A stretch of 64,000 nucleotides of DNA from assembly GCF_009914755.1 (NCBI RefSeq), contig NC_060927.1, one strand, 5' to 3'. The position numbers and the translations under genes were made by a program. Below the pieces are notes generated by a model. It searched no databases. It saw only the letters and a program-made list of their open reading frames with translations, and was not told where the DNA came from. How positions within the stretch are numbered: the stretch's first letter is position 1; every line of letters starts with the position of its first letter. The DNA comes from the human T2T-CHM13v2.0 reference genome, Homo sapiens. Below are positions 16,664-31,765 of this stretch, piece by piece.

Positions 16664-17108
16664 ACAGTGGGCTATTTTTAAAGCTATTTAAGTAGTTTTA
16701 AAAAGTATTAATATATAACCACATCGTTGCTTTTCAGATGCTTTTCATTCCATGTGTACATCCAGATTTCCATCTTGTGTCACTTTCCTTCTGTTTGAAG
16801 GAATTCCTTTAACATGTCATGTAGTGACAGTCTGCTGGTGATTTCTTTCAGTTTGCATACGTCTAAAAATATCTTTATTTCACCTCTGCTGTTGAAAGAT
16901 AGGTTTGCTGTGTAAAGAAGTCTAGACTGACAGGTTTACTCTCCCTGACTGCAAATATATTTTCAAAGGAAAATCCAGAGAATTAAGATTAAGTACTTCT
17001 AACAAAAATGAGAGCCTGTTTACTCTTACTTATATAAATAAATAAATATGAATAAATTATATATATATATATATATTTAAACTTGCATGTCCTCTGCATG
17101 CCTTTTAA

Positions 17109-17312
<204 letters not shown>

Positions 17313-17777
17313 GAGCTTCCTGCTTCATTGACACAAGAAGATGCAAAACACTGAGGTCACTTTGCTAGAAGTCAGTGCAAATTCCTGAGTCCCTTTGCTA
17401 TACCAATCAGCTCTCACACTATTGTTTCCCCACCTGGGAGAGGACTTACCTGTAAATCCTTTCCCAGTGTTTGATGGCAGTTATTGGCCAAGTCAGTCCT
17501 CTGTGCATGGGCGCCAGGTTATTATCCCAAATGTCTCTAAAGATAGCTTATTTAATATCGAAGCTCCATGCAGCATTCCTTGCTTCTATATAATTATCTT
17601 CTAATTTTGAAATCCAAATATTTTAAACTCTAAACACACCAAGAGGAATCCTCAACCTTCATGGTCAAACTTTAAACACTGTACAGTGGTATTGCCCCAC
17701 CATTTCACCTAGGAAACACAGCTTTATGGAATTCTTGTTTTCTTTTTATGAGAAGAGAAATGCACCTATCTGCAGAA

Positions 17778-17913
17778 ATTAAAAAACAATTATCAATAGT
17801 CAAAGTACAATTTGAAAATAAATTGATCTAATATTCTTTTTTCTTCATATAAATTTAATTAGCTTTTTCAAAAGTATGTTTACCAAGAATAATATCAGAA
17901 TAATTTTAATAAA
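17778..17913 (+). terminator. Candidate proximal poly(A) signals of the FAM240A 3' UTR
   Basis: ATTAAA at 17778, AATAAA at 17817-17822 and AATAAA at 17908-17913. The last is followed by GT-rich cttggttgtcctgtc. Confidence 0.45.
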
Positions 17914-18199
17914 ACTTGGTTGTCCTGTCATCACTATGCACATGCCTTCATTTTATTGCTTTATTTTAATCTCTGCATGTTTACACTGGTTGGCTCTCTG
18001 TCAGCCCAGCCAAAGCATATCTGGCCATTCCACAGAGTGTTTACCACACAGATTCTGGATTTTGAAATGGTATAGTCACTCCCTTGCCATCTCTCAAGTT
18101 CAGAAGCACCAGGGTTTGATGCTTCCAAGAGTGCAAACTGTAACTGGGCCTGAGGCAATTATTTTAACCAAGGGAAGGGAGAAGAGATGCAATGATATA

Positions 18200-18718
18200 A
18201 AGTCCTGGGTACTTGCTGGCTGTAAGCAGCACCTGCAAGGCCTTATATACTATACACAGAGGCACTGTTTATGGCAGACGCACCTGACAGCAATAACAAG
18301 ATAATAAGTTAAGCAAATACACTGAGAATGACATTATGGTCTAAGAAGAATGTGTGTTCGGAGTCCCAAGCTAAGGAATCCGGGAGTGGCCAACCGGGAG
18401 TTTCATACCTTAATTGTGAAGGACACCTGAACCCCCAGCCATCCTTTGGAACATAGGTTGTACAGGGGATCAAAGCCTTCTGTTTTGGGTTAGATGGTGG
18501 TTGCTAGGTGGAGGGTGCTAAGTGAAAATGCTATATAAACTGCATGCTTTTTACAAACAGTAGTGGTTCTCTTGTCCAGCCCACTGCTACTGGACCATCC
18601 CTATGTAAGTTCCCCCAATAAACCCTATGTCTCATTCACTGTCTCTGAGTGTCTTCTTTGTCTTCTCAGACATGGTGCCATTCCACTGGAGTCAATAGGA
18701 GCCTGGCTTGACATAACA
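18200..18718 (+). mobile_element. Solo LTR, ERVL class (LTR47/LTR32-like, subfamily tentative)
   Basis: LTR architecture with TATA (tatataaa 18532-18539), AATAAA (18617-18622) and a ..aca end. Boundaries are approximate. Confidence 0.75.
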
Positions 18719-21708
18719 TTACTAGGAGATGCAGAGAGTCAGGCTGGCCAATTCTGCCAGTGGTGAGTGTGGTGTTGCAGTCTTCTAAGTATCCTAATAC
18801 AGCATTAAGTATTTCCATCCACATCCCTAGGGAACCCATTAGGCTTTATCAGGCCAATGGGAACCTCCCAGAGGAAAGCAGGACTGGGGGAGTATTTCCC
18901 CAGCTTCCACACTTAATATGATCCAAGGAACAGGGCTTAGAGCCCTCTCTCCCTCTATGGTCTCTTATTCAATCTTGGATTCAATTCAACTAATAAATTA
19001 CAAATTCAAGCTGGGGAAATTTGAGAATGTTTAGATGAAGAAGGAATTTTTGTTGGGTGTAGGAGGAACGTAGGAATTAAATAGAGGTCGAAAAAAGTCA
19101 TAGCTTGCGGGGCTGAGAGGCTCTCAGAAGCAAAGGCCTGCCTTCACAAACTGCAAATGCTGTTGCTGGGATTGAAATGCAGTAGAGTGAGGCGGGAAAT
19201 ACAGGTGAAGATTCATTGTGCATTTACTCATTCACCATATGCCAGGCACTGTGCTAGACAACCAGAATCCAGCAGAAAAAAAAACAGAGGTGTCAGCTCT
19301 GGAAGCCACAGTCTAGGGAAGAAGCCACTGGGAGTCACAGCAGGCCATGGTGCCCACACCCTGTGGGAACACACTCTGGACTAAGGAAGATCATATACAC
19401 ATGATCCAGGAGCAGTGAGTATTCAGAGCTGGCAGGTCCTGGGTACTTTGAGGAAATACATTCAGCAAAGTTAGAGTGGGACTGTGGAGAAGGCACAGCA
19501 CACAGGGCCTTGCTGGCTGATGGATTTGAGCTTTGCCTAAGGGCACAGGGAGCCCCTGAAGGGTATTAGCAAGGAGACGGCTGGAGCACTGCCCAGAGAC
19601 AGGAGGTGAGAGGACAGAGGTGGGAGGCCAGTCACGAGCTCCTGCAGATGGCTCTGGAGAGGCCTTGGTGCCCTGGAGGGTGGGGTCAGGAAGGTAAGGG
19701 GTAGACAAGGAGGAGGACCATCTTGGAGGGAAGCGCACAGCTCCCTGAGTGATGGGGTGCAGAAGGAGGTGTGTGTCCAGGCAGTTAGAAGTGGCAGACG
19801 TTCTTGGAGGCTGTGAAAAGGTAGGGAATATGAAGGAAAAATATGATGTGGGAATAGAGGTGGTGGGGACACATCAGAAGCATGATGAGTGAGACGGCCC
19901 AGGAGACATGCAATTTGCGCCAAGGAGCATGGAGGAAAATTCTATTCCCAGGTTGCTGCCCAGCTACTCTAGAACACTACCTCCTCAGGGCGCTGCTTAG
20001 ATATAGTATAGAAATGGGTATCTCAGGGCCTGACTGATTTCCTCATGGGGGATAGAGACCTGATAGAAATCTTGGCTGGTTCCAGGCCAATATCCAGGGC
20101 AAGCACATGAATCCATCAGAGTCAGCCTCAGGGAGAATGATGAGCCCATGGCCAAGGAGATAGTGAGCAGTTTTGGATTTGGAAAGCCAGTTTTCTTGGG
20201 AAAGATTTTATTACAGGTGTGCTGACAGGTGAAACAGTTTATGGGTGTTCTGTCTCTGAGTATTAAAAAGGGCATCCTGTTTTTGAAATACCCAAGCATT
20301 GCTGACTTCTCAGAGCTCTATATCTGTCCCAACACCTGAATGTGTATTGAATAGATTTTTATTGATTGGTATGTTTTGGTTACAAATGTTTTAGGTGCTT
20401 TTCTGTAAAGTACCTAAATACAAATAGAATGAAATTACTCGATTAGGACTGACATATAAAGTTAAATTTTCATATTCACTGATATGGATGAAACTCATCA
20501 TTTTTAAGGCTCCAGTGGTTCTGTTCTAGGAACATATGTTTCTGTGGAACCTGGTAGATGCGTAACATAGGATTGATCTGTTCACAGTCTCAAAATAGCC
20601 TTGGAGGTTGACCCAGGCCTTGAAGCCCTGCTCTCAGGCCACTCTGCACCATTGGCTCGGTGACCTCCCAGAGATCTGAATAGGCCTAGTTGCTGCTCCT
20701 TGGAAACCTTGACTCCCCACAGATGAGCAGAAGCTGCTTCCTTTTCCCTAATCTATGGAAGGGTCACCAGGATAAAGCCCCTAGCGGGTGTGGAAGCCAG
20801 CTTTGGGAGAACCTAAGAAGTGCAATGGGAGCAGCTGTGAAAGGAAGATTGTGACTATACAGTCAAGCTGTGAGGCCAGGAAGACCCGGGACCCCCTCAG
20901 GGCTCTCAGAGGCTGAATATGAGGGCAGAAATCTCAGCTGCTTTGGCAGCAGAACAGCCGTGGGGACAGGAACACTCATATATTAATGAGACGCAAATTA
21001 TCTTTCGGGTGCTTGTAGCACAAGCACATAGTCTTATAAGAAACACTTGAATAACAACTCCATTCAAAGCAGGGCTAGGCAGACTGAATAGATCAGCTCG
21101 GGGCTTATTTCCTCCCTCATTTAGCAGAGAGCTGGCTTAGCTTTCTGAATTGCTCAACGTAAAACACACTGAGACTAGCTGCTAAGCTTCAGAGGCTTCT
21201 CTCCACACAAGGCCACTTCCTGACCGGGAAGCTTCCAGTGTTTTCTAATTGCCCAGATGTTGCCATTTGGCCTATAGAGTGAAGGGCTTTACAGGGCGTG
21301 GTGCTTCTGGAGCTTTTCCACCCTGCGCCCAGCACAGCTGTGCCAGCCCAGGCCCAACTCCGGGCTGTGTGCTCTGCTGCTTCTCTGCCTGCAGTTTCCC
21401 CACAACAAACATAATTTTGTCTTTCTATCGAGCGATGGCTTTAGTGACGGGTGTCCCATGACCATGTTCTCAACAGCGGCTTCATTCAGGCCCTCCCTAG
21501 ACCCAGAAGGCTGTCTTGGAGGACAGCTCCCAAGTATCCACGGAACTTGAGGCAAGAAGAGGGAAAGATACAAAAAAGGCAGAGAACAAAACTGAGGAAA
21601 GTAACACCCGCAGAGGGAGAGAAAATACAGCTTTCTGGAAAGACTGTTGCACGGGGTTTAGAAAAATTCATTCTTGATCATGGCTGTTTTGGCCAGGGGC
21701 CAGTCAGG

Positions 21709-21924
21709 AAAAAAAAAAAAAAAAAGCCAGGAGGAGGAAGAGGAGAATGAGGATGACGAGGAGAGGGGGAAGAGGAGGGGGTAAGAGGAGCAGGGAGAGG
21801 AGGAGAATGGAGGAGGAGGAGGGGACGAGGAGGAAGAGGGGAAGAGGAAGAGGAGGGGGAGGAGGAGGAGAAAGAGGAGGAGGAGAGAAGGAAGAGAGGA
21901 GGAGGAGGGGAAGAGGCGGGGAGG
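21709..21924 (+). repeat. Poly(A) plus GA-rich (GGA/GAG)n polypurine low-complexity tract
   Basis: An A run at 21709-21725 is followed by ~195 bp of almost pure purine. Confidence 0.95.
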
Positions 21925-22139
21925 CAGCCCCTGCCCACTCGAGGTGGTTCGTCAGAGTCGCTGTTGCATAGATCTGGTTACTAAGGTACTGGAATAGCTG
22001 AGACACCAAACAGGAAACAGCAGGCAACCCAGGACTCCTCAGCACCAAGTTGCTGCTCAAATCCCTAGCACTGCAGGGACAAAGGAGAGTCGCCTGGTGG
22101 GAACTGGAACCACATGGAGAAGTATCCCCAGGAAGCTCT

Positions 22140-22310
22140 GGGCCTGCGGAGGGAGGCGGTGCGGGCGACGCTGAAACCCAGCAGCTGCGCCGCCTGAGGC
22201 GGAGGTGAGAAGCGCCCTGGCTGGGCCTCCCTCCGGCGCCTCCCAGTGGCCGCAAGCTGGTCGGCGGCAGGTGCTGCGCAGTCAGCAGGACCCCGCGATG
22301 CGAACGAGAA
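22140..22310. promoter_or_regulatory. Small CpG-rich patch with a candidate CTCF motif
   Basis: Local CpG cluster. GCGCCTCCCAGTGG at 22236-22249 (rc CCACTGGGAGGCGC) resembles the CTCF core. Confidence 0.4.
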
Positions 22311-22521
22311 TGATGGGCATAAGGACTCCTCTCCATTTGCTGTGACATGTCAGGACAGGCCTTTCTTTCCGAGTTTCCCTTCTGAGATGGAAAGCGGTCT
22401 TTAGGCGTTTGTCCAGATCTGAATTTCTATGAGACAAGCATGAACTCTATCAGGAGACGTTGTGGTGGAACCACACCTGGTCATGGGCCTGGTGGGTGTG
22501 TCCTTCAAGAATGGGGTCTTC

Positions 22522-22886
<365 letters not shown>

Positions 22887-23149
22887 CTAAATCTAGGCAG
22901 AGTCTGGGAATGACAGAGTGGAGGTGTGATATGTCACCTGACATTCTGTTTCATGATGACAGGTACCGCATTCCACACTGACTCTTGTACCCCACGCAGG
23001 GTTGTGGCCTGGCTATTCTGGGTGTGTGGCTCCTGAGACAACGGTTGTGCTGCAGGTCCTTTCAGTGTAGCTTTCTCAGGAAAAAGTATTTAGGGCATGA
23101 GGTGAACCAATGGGAAAGGCAGACATTTTACTTGTTTTCCAAATACATT

Positions 23150-23618
23150 TATCAAGCATTATCAAGTCTGAGATTTTACCCTGCTTACAAGTTAACACAC
23201 TAGCCTGCCATCGTTTCATGGATGTGGCAGGAGGCGTGAGGCTCCTGGATCAGGGACAGGATGGTTTAGCACTGACAGCAATAGCAGTAGTCAGGGTATC
23301 GGCACCTGCACCCATTCCTCAAACCTCAGTTCCCACTGAAAACATGAGGAGGACAGGTGAAGAGCCCTGAGGTTAGGAAACTCAAATCTTGAATAAGGGG
23401 TAGTAAGCTTGCCTGACCTTTGCCCTGGTGGAAAACACTATCCCTACCTTCAAATTCTGGAAGAAAACCTGCCCTCTCCCATATTGAGATTCCATACCTG
23501 TCAAGGCTGCTTATCATACAAACATCCTTGGAAAGGTAGCCTGGAGCACAGGCAGCCAGTGCTTCTGCTCAGAAGATGTGCAGGAATTCTAGAGACCCAG
23601 GAAAAATGCCTCCCAACA
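23150..23618 (-). mobile_element. MER54-like class III (ERVL) 3' LTR
   Basis: The end resembles MER54 (rc ..gggtaaaatctcagac..). The minus-strand start TGTTGGGA is preceded by a polypurine tract (rc of atccacccctt, 23621-23631). Confidence 0.65.
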
Positions 23619-23619
23619 A

Positions 23620-24320
23620 CATCCACCCCTTATTTCTATACTGTCTTGGCTTCTGGTGAATTTCCCCAGAGGAGACTATTTATCTGACTGACAGAAGCTG
23701 GGACCAAATTCATTTAGTGTGTCTCATACAGCATTGAATTGAGTCAACTATGAAAGGACTTCAAACAGCAAGATGAAGCCAACCTGCAGTACTGACCACA
23801 GCCATGCCTCCAAGGGTCCTTGATCCAAATAGCAGAACAAATCACATAAACTCTCAGGGCCTACTTTAGAAAGGCATGTGACTTGAGTTTCTGTATCGAC
23901 TGTTCCTCTTGTCCAGAGGCCTTAATTAATCCAGGAATGGCGGCATGTACTAGTGATTGCACAGACTCCATGTTGGCCTGCACGGAGGAAGTCTAGAGAG
24001 ATTCCATTATCCGTAATAACCCTGAACCAGTGAGCTGAGGCTGCCCTGAATGTCTTCCATTGCCAAGGTGGTGATCACTTCAGCTAAAACCAGGGACAAA
24101 TTTCATACCATTAATTATGTGGCTTCCATTATAAGGGAAAATATCCTGAGAGTATATATGCATAGTGAGTCCGAGTAACTGAATTACTCATTTTGGAGCA
24201 ATTTTAGAAGTTGTCTGAGGGCCACATGATCCACTGGCGGTATTTCCTTAAGCACTCAGAGGTCCCTCGTGGCCAATCCTAAGGTACAAGTCACCTAGAG
24301 GCCTGATAGGATGGAGAGTT
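23620..24320 (-). mobile_element. ERV internal remnant encoding a degraded env TM subunit
   Basis: The minus strand reads NLSLVLAEVITTLAMEDIQGSLSSLV / VITDNGISLDFLRAGQHGVCAITSTCRHSWIN / ASGQEEQSIQKLK / ..AWLWSVLQVGFILLFEVL. These correspond to the heptad, immunosuppressive domain, CX6CC-like region and membrane anchor. Confidence 0.8.
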
Positions 24321-24924
24321 GGATGTCTGCATCCAACAAAACCATGAAAGATGAAGTCCTTCCCTTCTCTGAATTTCCCCAGCATACTTGGATGGGTGTG
24401 TGCACCCATCTTGGGGAAAAGGAGACCTCCACCCCACCCCTAACAAACTTTCTCCTTAAAGGAGCTGAGGTTAAAGTAGAGGGGAACAGAGGGATGGATT
24501 TTCTAAGCATGGTGTGAAAGGGTGAAACTCTAAAGAAAAATATTGAGAGATCTGACATTATGATGATTTTTGAATATCCCAACTTGTGAATACCAAAAAT
24601 GAAATAGATTTAAATTTAAAAGCAAGTAGAAAGTCATACGAAAAGTTTGAAATATTTTAATATATCCCTTTTTATATCATATAATAAACTTAATAGACTA
24701 TGCTTGTACCAATCAATAAAACAATAATCAACAATCTAATATGTAAAGAAGCAATAGCTATAAATCTGCAAATTCACAACAATGGAGATATCATGAGTAA
24801 TAAAATAGTACATTGTAATATTTGTGAATTATAAAAAGGCACAATAAGAGAATTTGAATTTTTAAAAACAAAACTGGCAAAGATTTTTAGAGATCATTGA
24901 ACCTATATATTTTTTACTATATTA

Positions 24925-25580
24925 GATAGTTGTTCAATGAGTATCCACTTTCTCACTCTCTATCTCCGTGGGAGGCTGGGCTTGGCCCCATGACCTGTTT
25001 TAGCAAACAGAGCATGAGCAACAGTAACTGGCCAGTTCTGAGCAGAGGCCTCTCTGCTCAGAGACATTGTGAAATTCTTCTTGCCCTTCTGGAAGCTTCT
25101 GACCTCTGTGACAGAAACACATGCTCCAGGGAGCTGCCCCTCTCCAGCCTTGGCTGCAGAGAGTGGCATTGCAGTGCAGATCTGAACTCAGCCTGCAGCC
25201 TAAAGCAAGCCACCCTAGCAGACTCAGGGCCCCACAGCCTGAGGCAGAGCTACCCAACCAACCCTTGAACACTGGAGTGAGGAAAAAAGTTTATTGTATA
25301 TGCCATTGAGATTTGGGGGTCAGGGTTTATTCTGCAACAAAAGGCTGACTTAAGACACAAATTGGTACCTAGAAGTGAGTATTCTATAACACAGGCCTAA
25401 GACAGGTAGCAGTAGTTTAGGTATCAAACAGTACAACAAAACATAATAGGCTGATAAACGTGATAAAACGGTTACAGAAAGCTAGAAAAAAGCGGCCAGT
25501 GTTATTGTCATGAAAAGACAAAACTCCGTTCAGTTGTTGTCTGTGATAACCTGGAAGACTGAACATGTCTTTTGTGTTCA
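24925..25580 (+). mobile_element. MLT1 (MaLR) LTR plus start of internal sequence
   Basis: MLT1-type motifs ending ..gccattgagatttggg..aggctgacttaagaca, followed by aattggtacc. Confidence 0.6.
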
Positions 25581-25759
25581 CGGCTCTATGCCTGGCATCA
25601 GACTTTGCTCAAAGCAGATATTCAAACACCAAGGGAATGGCTCAAATATTTTGGGCTAAGATGAGCATAGGAAAGAGGTTGAAGGTCTATTAGAGGAAAA
25701 TAACTCGATTTCCCTATCCACCTTAGTGGTGGTGTATGGACTTTTAAATATCCATCTCC

Positions 25760-25871
25760 GGCTGGGCATGGTGGCTCATGCCTGTAATCCCAGCACTTTG
25801 GGAGGCCAAGGCGGGTGTATCACTTGAGGTCAGGAGATCAAGACTCTTTACTAAAAATACAAAAATTAGCC
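25760..25871 (+). mobile_element. Tailless Alu left monomer
   Basis: Left arm with an internal deletion ends at ttagcc. Flanked by CCATCTCC at 25752-25759 and 25870-25877. Confidence 0.85.
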
Positions 25872-26622
25872 ATCTCCTGAATGGTTAATGCCAGCCACTT
25901 GATCAGGCTTGACTCATGGCTGATGCTGCTGAAACGTGTAACAGGAAGCCCTGCAGGGCTCCCGAGGGCATGGTCAGGACTGCCTGGGATATGGGGAGCA
26001 TGAGGGCAGCTTGACCAGAACGCAGGGCTTGCCTCAAGGGGGTGGTGATGGGAGCTCTCCGCTGACCCTGGAACTAGGACTAGAAGTTTCTAGCCATGGC
26101 CCCTCACACAGGCTTCATAGGTGCTCAGTTGCCAACTTATTTCATGTGGTTCCTCATTTCACATACCATTGGAGGAAGGGTGCCATCTCGGGCTATTTCT
26201 GAATATTGCTGCTCGTAGAACTTGCTGAAAATCAAGGTCCTTGGGGGTACAACGAGTTGATTTTCAAACTTATGTTAAGTTGGTGTTTGTACCCAGGCAC
26301 AGCCCAGGGCTGCAAAGCCCAGGGCAAAAACAGCCCCCTTGGTTTCCCATGAGTTTCAGCAGAAAAGAGGGAAGAAAGGGAGGCCAGAAGCCTCCCATGT
26401 CCATAACAGAAGCTTCACGGGACATCTTAAGGCGATAATATCTATAAATCTGTGCTCCAGCATTGCCCTGTCCTGGAATGGGCCTGATTCAAATCCCATA
26501 TTGTTTCCACAGGCATTTGCAGAGAGAGTGGACCACTGACGGAACACTGCATTTGCTGGTCGCCACCCTGCTGTGCCTCAGTTACCACATATTTAGGGCA
26601 TCGACTGTGTTTCTGGGAGACG

Positions 26623-26832
26623 ATGCTCTGATGGCTTCTTTCTGTTTCTTCTCATGCAGCTTCCACCATCTGTGGAAAACAAGATCTGCTTCTTTTCCCC
26701 TGAAGCACCATGTCTGCAGGGATGGTGACCCTGTTAGCGGTGGGTTTTCCCGTTTATACAATAGATGAACTATATGGAATTGCACTGGGAGCATTTCCGA
26801 ATCAGCCCGATTTAAAATATTGAGTTTGACAA
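26623..26832 (+). pseudogene. V2R (vomeronasal type-2 receptor, class C GPCR) exon-1-like relic
   Basis: ATG at 26623 is followed by frameshifted pieces FFLFLLMQLPPSVENKICF (signal-peptide-like) and RDGDPVSGGFSRLY. The second matches the V2R/CaSR N-terminal motif DGDxxIGGFFPLY. A possible gt donor is at 26833. Confidence 0.6.
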
Positions 26833-27315
26833 GTTTTTGCCCCTTTTAAAAATGTTTATTTTCTCCCCAGTGTTGAAGGAAGTGGTTAAGGGAGATGTGA
26901 GGATTCTAATCTATGAAATTTGAATTTCTGGGCTTCCACATCAGCCACACTCACTCCGCATCTTCTGTAACCGATTTCTCTTCAAAGAAGAAACTCCTAA
27001 GTATCATTTCCTCTTCCTGCTGTTACTGCTACAGTCCCACCATCAAGAACACCCCTGCTTGGAAAGAGGCAGAGAAGCTCCAATGACCTCCCACTGTCCC
27101 TGCCCAACCCCACTGCCCTTGCCCTCCGTCTGCAAAGAGGAAAAGGCCCAACCCATGGCCCTCAGCCAAGGTCAGTGCTGAAAGGCAAGGCCAGTGCTTT
27201 ACCAGCACCAGGTCCAGGACCAACTCATGCTTCCCTTCCCAGGGTGAGAAACTATTGATAAATGAACCCCAACAGGGGCCAAATATGTCTCTTCCTCAAC
27301 TGAAGGAAAAGACAC

Positions 27316-27479
27316 TTATTTATTTATTTTGGGGGGACAGGGTCTCCCTCTGTTGCCCAGGCTGGAGTGTAGTGGTGTGATCATAGCTCACTGTAACCTT
27401 GAACTCCTGGGTTTAAGCGATCCTCCCACCTCACCCTCCTGAGTACCTGGGACTACAGGCAAGAGCAATTGCACCTGGC
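27316..27479 (-). mobile_element. Alu monomer (FRAM/AluJ right arm)
   Basis: Antisense single arm. Confidence 0.8.
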
Positions 27480-29254
27480 AGACCTTTATTTTAAATATGT
27501 GAGTTTCCTGTGAAATAGCCACACTCAATGATACTGTGCCGGGGTGTGCCAGGCCTCCTAACTCTTGGGGTCAAGCCACAAATTAGCAATACTCTGAGGA
27601 TCCGTTTCCAAAAATTTCACTTTGTTTACAATAGTAACTCGGGCTGCTTTTGCCCCACACTTCACCAAATTGTGTTGATCATAAATGGACTTATATAGTT
27701 ACTGTACGATTTGTAGGGGGATGCAGGAGGTAGGGCTCAAAGATTTGCTCTGTTCTCTGTGAGTGCTATATAGGATCAAAGAGTGAGACGGCATTTCTGG
27801 TTAATAACAGAGCCTGAACCAAGTGTAAGTGAGACACAGTCTGCCCATTATGGTGTGTCCCCTTCAAGCAGATGCATTTTCACAGCTAAAAAGTCATTGT
27901 AACCCCAGGTGGTTTTGTATTTGAGGAATTTATGTGTGATGCCTCAGCATCCTCTTGTCTCCTCATTCCTGTATCAAATATTCCTGTTTCCTGTATTCCT
28001 GTTTCTTTACCCATCTGTCACTCACACCATCTGTATCTTATATTTTCATAACAACTTGCCATAGCTTGGAAAGGACAGGTTTTGCATGTCTGTGTACTTG
28101 TGGACATCAAGTGCTTGATTTAACGCCCTTCCCTTATGAGTGCAGCAGGATCTGAAGATAAAATAGTGATCCCTGTTCTTGGGCCTAGTGGAAGGTGAGG
28201 AAGGTTATTCTTGTCTGTCACATATATTCATATGCCGGGCAGTGTGGCAAGGGGAAAACATCACCAGCCCAAAGCATCTGAGAAGTCAAATGCTTGCTCT
28301 ATGTCTCCAAGGACAGATGACTGTGCCCAAAAGGGCGTGATTCCTCCTACGTGATAGTGCCAAACCCTTAAACATTCATTCCTTCATTCACTTATATAAA
28401 ATAGAATCCGTCTATATCTGTTTTTGTAATCAAGCAATTTATCCTAAGCAAATGTCTAATGTACAAACATATTTGCACGTTAATGACCTCAAGGTAGTAT
28501 AAACCAATGAATCGTGATTTATTTAATCGCACTCCATCTCAAAAAAAAAAGTTTCTTAAAATTCAAGTGCTAGGTAAAAGCATGTGGACATTGAGACTTT
28601 GATACGTATTAAAAACTGCACAGCAAAAGTGAAACAATTTGCCTTTCCAGCAGTCTTATGTGAGAGTATACAGTCCATGTACTTTACAGAGCTTTGTGTT
28701 AGCATTCTTTGTAACCTTAGTAAATTTGGTAAACGAAAAATTATATTGGATAATTTAAATGCTGGCTTCCTTATATAACAATGTAAGGAAGTAACAATGA
28801 TCTCACTTTCTTTGTTATCCATTTTTATATACACTATTGTTATCACCTGTGGTGTCCATTTGCCCCCTTTTCTACCATGAAAATTTTTGCATTTGATATA
28901 CGATAGCTTTCTAAAATATTAATTGATGATTAATATAATTAATAATTATTTTAATATTTTACCTATAATATTGTCAAAAATATTTCCCAATAATACTTTT
29001 ATATTTAATTCACGGGAATTTTACTGTAAAATTAGTGCTTTTTATTTGTTAAATCTTTAATTTTGTCATTCTTTTACTTATGTTTTCTGAATCTGATATC
29101 ATGACCTCTACAATGTTTGTTTACAAAAATATTTACTGATATATTTTAATATCTGTTGTTGTAGTTTGTTATGTTGAACTCATTAATATTTTGAGATTAA
29201 CTTGGGAATGCAAAAGTACAAATGATAACATGAATTTTAATTTCCAAACAATTA

Positions 29255-31765
<2,511 letters not shown>

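Noticed and set aside
21704-22348. 214-aa ORF on the - strand
   Set aside because: Open mainly because it runs through a CpG patch and the low-complexity pyrimidine strand of the GA tract; no family similarity recognised.
28531-28550. actccatctc + A10, resembling the missing tail of the Alu at 29313
   Set aside because: It lies upstream of that Alu in the wrong order and is only 20 nt; most simply a severely 5'-truncated Alu stub or chance.
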